In this document: positions 25,375 through 32,000 of the stretch, piece after piece
How the letters are laid out: every line of letters starts with the position of its first letter
How positions within the stretch are numbered: position 1 is the first letter of the stretch
DNA from: Halomicronema hongdechloris C2206
GTDB taxonomy: Bacteria > Cyanobacteriota > Cyanobacteriia > Phormidesmidales > Phormidesmidaceae
Reading direction: 5' to 3'
NCBI RefSeq assembly: GCF_002075285.3
Contig: NZ_CP021983.2
Location: forward strand, 3,540,001 to 3,572,000
DNA length: 32,000 nucleotides
Program-made: the position numbers and the translations under genes
Notes under the pieces: model-generated
Told to the model about the DNA's origin: nothing
The model's input: the letters and a program-made list of their open reading frames with translations, nothing else
Databases searched by the model: none

Positions 25375-26124
25375 ATGAATGGACACGAACACATGAACGC
25401 TAGACACCTTGGGATTTCAGCCGGGCTATTGAGCCTATTACTCGGTACCGCCTGTGGCGCTCCCCCTGACCTGCCATCGGACGCCTCTGCCCCTGGCGAC
25501 TCCGCCCCTTCCCCGGCGTCTCCATCGACGCCATCGGCAATCCCCTCCCAGCCCGAGGCCGAGGCCGACCCTATTGCTGACTTCGAACCGGTGGTGATTC
25601 CGGGCGAGCGAGTCGGCCCCATCACTGCCACCACCAGCCGGGAAACATTGGCCAACTTAGTCGGGGCGGAGCATCTGCGGGATGAGTCCATCCCCGTCGG
25701 TGAAGGCTTCAGTGAACCAGCCACCGTCGTCGATCTGGGGCCTGAATATGGCGTCACCCTCACCTGGACTGATGACAGCCGCACCCGAATCGCCACCGCC
25801 AGAGGCTTTGGCTCTGCCTGGGAAACCCCGGAAGGCATTGGGGTAGGCCTTTCCTTCGCCGAACTGAAAACTATTTTGGGCTCCTTTCAGGTCTATGGCT
25901 TCGCCTGGGACTACGGCGGCAGCGTCGTCTTAGAAGGCAGCGACTTGAACCAATACTACGGGGATTTAGTATTGCGGCTTAAGCCCAGCCAAAGTGCCAT
26001 CGATATATCTCCCCAGGCCTACCAAGCCGTTACCGGCGATAGCCTCTTTGCCTCCGACAACCCCAATCTGGAGGCACTGGATCTCTATGTCGACGAAATG
26101 ATTGTGTATCTAATCGCTCCCTAG
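25375..26124 (+). CDS. Putative lipoprotein, hypothetical (249 aa; alternative start at 25393)
   Basis: A signal peptide with a lipobox-like LLGTAC is followed by a Pro/Ser/Ala-rich linker. I recognise no family. Confidence 0.6.
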   Translation: MNGHEHMNARHLGISAGLLSLLLGTACGAPPDLPSDASAPGDSAPSPASPSTPSAIPSQPEAEADPIADFEPVVIPGERVGPITATTSRETLANLVGAEHLRDESIPVGEGFSEPATVVDLGPEYGVTLTWTDDSRTRIATARGFGSAWETPEGIGVGLSFAELKTILGSFQVYGFAWDYGGSVVLEGSDLNQYYGDLVLRLKPSQSAIDISPQAYQAVTGDSLFASDNPNLEALDLYVDEMIVYLIAP

Positions 26125-26128
26125 TCCT

Positions 26129-27136
26129 ATGGCCTCCCTTCCTCCTGGACTCATCGTCCGCACCGGCAAATTCATCTGGACCACCCTCTGGCAGCAGATG
26201 ATGGCCCGTCTGGCTCCCCGGGATCCCCAGGGAAACTATATTCGGCCCGAGAGTGAGTTTCGCCATAGTATTGGCCCCGGCACCGACCGAGCCGAGCCCC
26301 CGACCCCAGGTCGGTATTGCCTGATTGTGGGCATGGGCTGCCCCTGGGCCCATCGCACCTTGGTAACCCGAGTGCTGAAGGGCTTAGAAGAGGCTATCCC
26401 CGTGATCTTGGTGCAGCCCGCCGCCGCCGAAGGCATCTGGGTGTTTCAGCAGCCGTTCCTCGGCTGTCGCAGCCTGCCAGAGCTATACCAACGGGCCCAG
26501 CCTGGCTACCAAGGCCGCAGTACTGTCCCCGTCCTCTGGGACAGCCAGAGCCAGACCATCGTCAATAACGAGAGTGCCGACATCATTGTCATCCTCAACC
26601 GGGCCTTTGATTCGGTGGCCCATCATGCCCAGCAGGATCTCTATCCGGAGCCGTTGCGGCCCCAGATCGATCAGTGGAACGCCAAGATTTACCCGGCCGT
26701 CAATAACGGGGTCTATCGCTGCGGCTTCGCCCAAACCCAGACTGCCTATGATCGTGCCTGTGCCGAGTTGTTTGCCACCCTGGACGAGATCGATGCGGCC
26801 TTAGCCCAGCATCGCTATCTCTGTGGCGACTCGGTGACCCTGGCCGATGTGCGCCTCTTTACTACCCTGTTTCGCTTCGACGCGGTCTATTACAGCCTGT
26901 TCAAATGTAATCGCCGCCGCATTGCCGACTATCCTCACCTGGGTCCCTACGTCCGCGACCTCTATCAGCTGCCGGGGGTAGCGTCTACCTGTGATCTGGA
27001 GGCCATCAAGGCAGACTACTATGGCAATCTCTTTCCCCTGAATCCAGGGGGCATCATTCCGGCAGGACCAGACATGGACGGTTGGCTCCAGCCCCATGGT
27101 CGGGAACGGCTGAGCCAGTCCCCGGCATCCCTGTGA
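26129..27136 (+). CDS. Xi-class glutathione S-transferase / glutathionyl-hydroquinone reductase family (335 aa)
   Basis: The CPWAHR active-site motif, TVPVLWD, NNESADII and the YRCGFAQTQ..Y blocks are typical of the YqjG/ECM4 family. Confidence 0.8.
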   Translation: MASLPPGLIVRTGKFIWTTLWQQMMARLAPRDPQGNYIRPESEFRHSIGPGTDRAEPPTPGRYCLIVGMGCPWAHRTLVTRVLKGLEEAIPVILVQPAAAEGIWVFQQPFLGCRSLPELYQRAQPGYQGRSTVPVLWDSQSQTIVNNESADIIVILNRAFDSVAHHAQQDLYPEPLRPQIDQWNAKIYPAVNNGVYRCGFAQTQTAYDRACAELFATLDEIDAALAQHRYLCGDSVTLADVRLFTTLFRFDAVYYSLFKCNRRRIADYPHLGPYVRDLYQLPGVASTCDLEAIKADYYGNLFPLNPGGIIPAGPDMDGWLQPHGRERLSQSPASL

Positions 27137-27318
27137 CTGATGGATTAGCCCACCCCATCAATGGATTGGCCCACAGAACCACCTGCAGCGACTCATCAAC
27201 GCCGACACATTGCTGATGCGATCGCATCACCTGATCAGTTCCGTTAAAACACCGCCTATACTCTAAGCTATCTGGCTAGAGTCATATACCGGAACCAAGC
27301 CGGTAGGAGGTAAAGACC

Positions 27319-27615
27319 GTGTCTGCGAACGGAGTAGAACGGGGAGAGCAGCAGCATCCCCAGTATCGGGTCGATCGCCAAACCGTCAATCAACTCATCG
27401 CGGGGGACCCGAGCAATACTAATCTGATCGAACTAGCCCGGCTATTGATTCGCTACAAAGGCTTTCCGGGGGCCCAAGACATCCAGCAAGATTTACAAGC
27501 CACGCTACAGCGGTGGGACTTGACGGAAGACAGTCTCTACGAGCAGACCCGCTCTCTGCATCAACAGGGGTTGGGCTATCGCCATGGGGGCCGAGAAGGG
27601 GAAGATTGGAGCTGA
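27319..27615 (+). CDS. DUF3288-family cyanobacterial protein (98 aa, GTG start)
   Basis: HPQYRVDRQTVNQL...LIELARLLIRYKGFPGAQDIQQDLQATLQRWDLTEDSLYEQTR matches my recollection of DUF3288. Confidence 0.6.
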   Translation: MSANGVERGEQQHPQYRVDRQTVNQLIAGDPSNTNLIELARLLIRYKGFPGAQDIQQDLQATLQRWDLTEDSLYEQTRSLHQQGLGYRHGGREGEDWS

Positions 27616-27682
27616 TATTCAGCCAGACAGTACCACTCGCCATCGGCGTGTCCCGGGAATAGGGTGATTTTTGATACAAAAC

Positions 27683-27718
27683 CAGTTTGAATGTTATTTG
27701 AAGCACAAATTCAAACTG
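27683..27718. repeat. Perfect 10-bp inverted repeat CAGTTTGAAT-N16-ATTCAAACTG in the natF-like upstream region
   Basis: Read directly from the sequence. It lies 68 nt after the DUF3288 stop and 100 nt before the natF-like ATG. Its function (terminator or operator) is undetermined. Confidence 0.5.
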
Positions 27719-27817
27719 CGAAGCGGGGGAATGTAAAGCAAGTTAAAGCAGTGGTCTGCTGTCCTAGCGCGGGTTCAAGTTTAGTGATGTGTGTGCAATG
27801 TGAGAGAGGTGAGACTT

Positions 27818-28885
27818 ATGCGCAAATGGGGTCTTTTAGCGGTAGCGATGACGCTAACCCTAACCGCCTGTGCTAGCCGGGAGCCGACCGGCACAGCTAC
27901 CTCGGGCGAAGCAGGTGAGGCCACTACGGCAACGGCAGCGAGCCGCTTAGATATCGTCAAGGAGAGAGGCACCCTCATCTGCGGCGTCGAGGGCACGATT
28001 CCTGGGTTCAGCTCAGTCGAATCTGACGGCAGCTATTCTGGCCTGGATGTCGATGTCTGCCGGGCAGTGGCGGCGGCGGTGCTGGGCGATCCAGAGGCAG
28101 TCGAGTATCGCAACCTGGATTCTACCGAGCGGTTTACGGCCCTACGGGGTGGGGAAGTAGATATGCTCTCCCGCAATACCACCTGGACCCTGAGCCGGGA
28201 TGCCACCGGCGGCAATGCCATGGAGTTTGCGCCGACCACCTTCTATGATGCCCAGGGAATGATGGTCAGAGCCGACAGCGGCATCACCAGCCTGGAGGAT
28301 TTTGAGGGGCTTTCCATTTGTGTGGAAACCGGCACCACGACGGAGCTGAATCTGACCTCCCGCATGACGGAACTGGGGGTTAACTATACTGATGTGAAAT
28401 ACCAGGATGGCAATGAAACGGCTCAGGCCTATCTAGAGGGGCGCTGTGAAGGCTTTACCTCTGATAAGTCTCAGCTCAACGCCCGCCGGACCAAGTTCCC
28501 CGATCCGAGTGCCCATGTCATCTTAGATGTGTCTATGTCTAAGGAGCCGTTGGGGCCTGTGACCATGAATAATGACTCCCAGTGGTTTGACGTGGTCAAG
28601 TGGGTGACCCATGGCCTGATTCAGGCCGAGGAATTTGGCGTTACCCAAGCCAATGTCGCAGCCATGGCAGAGACCACTGAAAACCAGGACATCAAGTTGT
28701 TGTTGGGGGTCGAAGGCGATCTAGGGTCCCAATTGGGCCTGGAGAATGACTTCATGATGCAGGCGATCATGGCCGTGGGTAACTACGGAGAAATCTACGA
28801 GCGCAATATCGGCGACGATATTCCTCGCGGGCTGAACCGGCTCTGGACCGATGGGGGGCTAATGTACTCGGCGCCATTCCGTTAA
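27818..28885 (+). CDS. natF: Amino-acid ABC transporter substrate-binding lipoprotein, AapJ/NatF type (355 aa)
   Basis: The ATG at 27818 is preceded by GAGAGGTGAG. It has a signal peptide with lipobox LTLTAC. GTLICGVEGTIPGF, GLDVDVCRAVAAAV and DMLSRNTTWT blocks are typical of AapJ-family binding proteins. Confidence 0.8.
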   Translation: MRKWGLLAVAMTLTLTACASREPTGTATSGEAGEATTATAASRLDIVKERGTLICGVEGTIPGFSSVESDGSYSGLDVDVCRAVAAAVLGDPEAVEYRNLDSTERFTALRGGEVDMLSRNTTWTLSRDATGGNAMEFAPTTFYDAQGMMVRADSGITSLEDFEGLSICVETGTTTELNLTSRMTELGVNYTDVKYQDGNETAQAYLEGRCEGFTSDKSQLNARRTKFPDPSAHVILDVSMSKEPLGPVTMNNDSQWFDVVKWVTHGLIQAEEFGVTQANVAAMAETTENQDIKLLLGVEGDLGSQLGLENDFMMQAIMAVGNYGEIYERNIGDDIPRGLNRLWTDGGLMYSAPFR

Positions 28886-29165
28886 AGTCTAGTACTCTGC
28901 GGCAGAAATAACGCCTCTATTGACTAGAGCGGCAGGGCTAAATTTATCAGGATCTCTCTTTCTGCCGTCTGCCTTCCTACTTCTGCCTTGGCATACTAGC
29001 GGCTCCCTGACTGGACCAGGGGCAGAGACTCGCTGATGGCTGACTGCTGCGGTTCCGATGGCAGTTCCCGGTGGCCGTTGCTTGCCGGTCCTCTGCCGAG
29101 GGTCTCTCCGCTTGGCCCTGATTCCCTCCGTCGGTACTGCTAACGTCGTTGATGTCTTTTGCGCC

Positions 29166-30332
29166 ATGACTAGCCGACCCGAAACCAGTGTGCCGCTCTG
29201 GCGGGATGACCGATTCTGGAAAATTGTGTTTCAGCTTGTGGTTGCGGGAATTGTGATCGCCATCTTGGGCCTGTTTATTCACAATTTGAGGGTGAATCTG
29301 GAGCGGGCTGGGCTGGAGTTTACCTTCAGCTTTCTGACCAATTCGGCGGGCTTTAGCATCGGCGAGACATTGATTGAGTATTCCCCCAGCGATACCTATA
29401 TCCGGGCGTTGCTGGTCGGTATTTTGAATACCCTGCGGGTGGTTCTGGCTGGCATTGTGTTGACGACGATTCTGGGGGTGATCGCGGGGGTGGCGACGTT
29501 CTCGGATAACTGGTTGCTGCACAAACTCAGCTTGTTATATGTCGAGCTTGTGCGTAACATTCCCCTGTTGCTGCAGTTGATTTTTTGGTACTTTCCTGTA
29601 TTCCTCAGCTTGCCTCCGCCCCAGGAACAATTGCAGGTAATGGGCCTGATCTATATGAGTAAGACGGGGATTTATCTCCCCTGGCCGACGATAGGCCTGC
29701 CGTTTTGGCTCTCTTTGGGGGCCGTCATTGCCCTTGCGATCGCAGCCTGGACCCTTCTACAACGGCGCACTAGAGCCATGGTTGAGCGGGCAGCCTCTGG
29801 ACGGCCCCAAGCCATTGCCCTCAGCCTCATTGGGGGGATAGTCGTAGTGCTAATCGCCCTAGGCTTCAACTGGCAGATTCCCCAATCCCCTGACCCCGGA
29901 CAGGTGCAGGGAGGCTTGCGACTGTCCTTAGAATACTCCGCCATCTTAGTCGGGCTAGTCGTCTATACCGGGGCCTTTATCGCTGAGATTGTCCGGGGTG
30001 GCATTCAGTCAGTGTCTAAAGGGCAGTGGGAAGCCGCTCGCTCCCTGGGATTAACCCCTAGCCGTGTGATGCAGCTGGTGGTCTTTCCCCAGGCCATGCG
30101 AGTGATTATTCCTCCCCTCAACAGTCAATACATGAACTTAGCCAAGAATTCTAGCTTGGCCCTTGCCATCGGCTATCCCGATATCTTCTCAGTGGCCAGT
30201 ACTTCTCTCAATCAGACTGGCCGGCCTGTGGAGGTGTTTATCTTACTGATGGCCATCTATTTACTCATTAACCTAATCATTTCCCTGGGCATGAACCGTC
30301 TGAATCAGGCAGTTCAATTCACAGAACACTAA
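29166..30332 (+). CDS. natG: Amino-acid ABC transporter permease, AapQ/NatG type (388 aa)
   Basis: It is a multi-TM protein with the EAA-loop region GQWEAARSLGLTPSRVMQLVVFPQA. I chose the start MTSRPE at 29166, because the 29058 start adds a non-hydrophobic, Arg/Cys-rich leader. Confidence 0.8.
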   Translation: MTSRPETSVPLWRDDRFWKIVFQLVVAGIVIAILGLFIHNLRVNLERAGLEFTFSFLTNSAGFSIGETLIEYSPSDTYIRALLVGILNTLRVVLAGIVLTTILGVIAGVATFSDNWLLHKLSLLYVELVRNIPLLLQLIFWYFPVFLSLPPPQEQLQVMGLIYMSKTGIYLPWPTIGLPFWLSLGAVIALAIAAWTLLQRRTRAMVERAASGRPQAIALSLIGGIVVVLIALGFNWQIPQSPDPGQVQGGLRLSLEYSAILVGLVVYTGAFIAEIVRGGIQSVSKGQWEAARSLGLTPSRVMQLVVFPQAMRVIIPPLNSQYMNLAKNSSLALAIGYPDIFSVASTSLNQTGRPVEVFILLMAIYLLINLIISLGMNRLNQAVQFTEH

Positions 30333-30347
30333 CCTCTGTAGACGAGT

Positions 30348-31553
30348 ATGACCGCAACTTCCCCCTCCCTAAGCCCCGCTACTATCCGCCATTCCCCTGT
30401 TGCCTGGCTGCGGAAGAATCTCTTCAACAGCTGGTTTAACAGCATGCTTACCCTAGTCCTCGGGGGGATACTGCTATGGGTCGCCTATAGCCTAGTGAAT
30501 TGGGCGTTTACCATGGCCCAGTGGCAGGTGCTCTCCGCTAACCTACCGCTCTATTTTGTGGGGCGCTACCCATCCGACCAGTACTGGCGGCTGTGGACAG
30601 CATTGGCCCTGATTACCCTGGCCTCGGGGTTGAGTTGGGGACTGTTTTCTCGCCATCTTTCTGTCCTCTTTTCCCGGGGAGTATTGATGGGCTTAGGGGG
30701 GATCACAGTGCTGATCGTGCTGGTGCCGATGCCAGGGCCCTATCGCGCGAGAATGATAGGCCTGATTCTCCTCTGCACCTTAGCAGCCTGGGCAGGGCGC
30801 CTCTGGGCTCAACGGGTTACCTCCTTAGGGCGATGGCTCTCCCTGGCCTGGTTGCTCTCGTTCTTTGTCACCCTATGGCTGATGGCAGGCGGCCTAGGGC
30901 TACCCGCAGTGTCTACCAATAACTGGGGCGGATTGTTGCTGACGTTATGTATATCGGTGGTTAGCATCGCCCTGTCCTTTCCCTTCGGGGTGTTACTGGC
31001 CCTAGGGCGGCAGAGCTCGTTGCCGATCATTCGCTGGCTTTCGATAATCTATATTGAGCTGATTCGTGGCGTGCCGCTGATTTCCATTTTGTTTATGGGG
31101 CAAGTCATGATTCCCCTGTTTCTACCAGAAGGGATGCGACCCGATCGAGTCCTGCGGGCCATTGTCGGGATGACCCTGTTTACGGCGGCCTATCTGGCAG
31201 AAAATGTGCGAGGAGGGCTACAGGCAGTTCCCCGCGGCCAGATCGAAGCAGCCCGCTCTATGGGCCTGAACGCTCCCCTGACCCTTGGCCTCATCGTACT
31301 CCCCCAGGCTCTCAAGATTGCCATTCCAGCCATCGTGGGACAATTCATCAGTCTGTTTCAGGACACCACCCTGGTTTCCATCGTTGGCCTCTTAGAACTG
31401 TTAGGAATCAGTCGCTCCATCCTGGCCAACCCCGAGTTCCTCGGTCGCTATGGAGAAGTGTATCTATTTATCGCCGCCATTTACTGGTGCTTCTGCTATG
31501 CCATGTCACTGGGGAGTCGCAAGATTGAAGAGGCGCTTAACACCGATACCTAG
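30348..31553 (+). CDS. natH: Amino-acid ABC transporter permease, AapM/NatH type (401 aa)
   Basis: It is a multi-TM protein with the EAA loop GQIEAARSMGLNAPLTLGLIVLPQA. No ATPase gene follows, as in the Anabaena natFGH arrangement where the ATPase is encoded elsewhere. Confidence 0.8.
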   Translation: MTATSPSLSPATIRHSPVAWLRKNLFNSWFNSMLTLVLGGILLWVAYSLVNWAFTMAQWQVLSANLPLYFVGRYPSDQYWRLWTALALITLASGLSWGLFSRHLSVLFSRGVLMGLGGITVLIVLVPMPGPYRARMIGLILLCTLAAWAGRLWAQRVTSLGRWLSLAWLLSFFVTLWLMAGGLGLPAVSTNNWGGLLLTLCISVVSIALSFPFGVLLALGRQSSLPIIRWLSIIYIELIRGVPLISILFMGQVMIPLFLPEGMRPDRVLRAIVGMTLFTAAYLAENVRGGLQAVPRGQIEAARSMGLNAPLTLGLIVLPQALKIAIPAIVGQFISLFQDTTLVSIVGLLELLGISRSILANPEFLGRYGEVYLFIAAIYWCFCYAMSLGSRKIEEALNTDT

Positions 31554-31603
31554 TTCCTGGAACTCTGCCGATATCAGGGTAAAGCCAGCTGACCTGCTCC
31601 AGA

Positions 31604-32000
31604 TCAAAAAATAAAGTCTAGGGCAATGTGCCAACTCGCCTCTTCCCGTACGATCTGAATCTGGCGGATAAACTCACGAAAGAAAAAGCGCCGTTCGGCC
31701 TCCGAGAGATCGAGCCAAAACTGGGGAATAGAAACCGTCTGGGCTAGTTCTTGCAGATTGACTGGGGATTGCTGAGCCTGCTGTTGTCGGAGTTGAGCGA
31801 TTTCGCTATGTAGTCGATAGGCTCGCAGATCGGCAGTGTCCTGGTCTAGGATGCCCTTGGTCACCAGCTCTGGGAGTTGCTCTAGGGCTGATTGCTTGGT
31901 GGCCAAATCGGTAGCGCTGCACTCAGACGGGCCGCTGACTGCCGCATCTTCAGGGGCAGCTGGGCTAGCCTGCATCAACGCAGCCACCGCTTGGGGCAAC
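31604..32000 (-). CDS. C-terminal part of a recombinase-family (serine-recombinase-like) protein; the N-terminus lies beyond the window
   Basis: The ORF is open to the window edge. The coiled-coil-like tail ...LRAYRLHSEIAQLRQQQ...IPQFWLDLSEAERRFFFREFIRQIQIV resembles the C-terminal region of cyanobacterial recombinase-family proteins as I recall them. The catalytic domain is not visible. Confidence 0.45.
   Translation of the reverse strand, partial: LPQAVAALMQASPAAPEDAAVSGPSECSATDLATKQSALEQLPELVTKGILDQDTADLRAYRLHSEIAQLRQQQAQQSPVNLQELAQTVSIPQFWLDLSEAERRFFFREFIRQIQIVREEASWHIALDFIF

Noticed and set aside
21670-25838. Antisense or alternative-frame ORFs within norB, the oxidoreductase and the lipoprotein gene (for example 22969-23334 -, 23793-24149 +, 24133-24456 +, 25293-25838 -)
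   Set aside because: These are shadow ORFs of well-supported genes in G+C-rich sequence.
27733-27746. NtcA-like site GTA-N8-TAA upstream of the natF-like gene
   Set aside because: The second half-site is TAA rather than TAC, and I could not find a convincing -10 box at the expected ~22-nt distance.
28889-29522. Minus-strand ORFs (92 and 181 aa) and the 29058 start of the natG-like ORF
   Set aside because: They are antisense or leader extensions rich in Arg/Pro/Gln with no motifs. The permease homology begins near MTSRPE (29166).

Overview
This looks like cyanobacterial chromosomal DNA, because the HIP1 octamer GCGATCGC recurs throughout. It has two parts.

(1) Positions ~50-11200 are an accessory island. 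It is mostly AT-rich by eye, whereas the flanks are G+C-rich. The island appears to be organised as integron-type gene cassettes separated by attC-like imperfect inverted repeats; no integrase is in the window. Its cargo is:
- a G+C-rich UDG-fold gene;
- a 5.6-kb unit holding a divergent WYL regulator plus an operon of a ComEC-type metallo-beta-lactamase protein, a single-chain E2-E1-JAB enzyme and a 4-TM protein, with no ubiquitin-like gene. This is the best candidate for a novel conjugation-based defence system;
- a membrane-anchored CHAT/caspase-like protein whose attC-like site is interrupted by a 5'-truncated group II intron;
- an HNH gene fragment;
- two toxin-antitoxin pairs (DUF433/DUF5615 and RHH/PIN).

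(2) Positions ~11.3-32 kb are G+C-rich core genes: an alpha/beta hydrolase, ictB, an HD-domain protein, a truncated HTH/TIR-like gene, a field of STRR-like repeats, a degenerate histidine kinase, a frameshifted tsaC/sua5-like gene, acnA with a frameshifted 3' end, qNOR norB, a quinone oxidoreductase, a lipoprotein, a Xi-class GST, a DUF3288 protein, natFGH-like amino-acid ABC transporter genes, and the 3' part of a recombinase-family gene at the right edge.

I recognised no rRNA, tRNA or CRISPR array. All family assignments rest on motif recognition by eye, not on searches.
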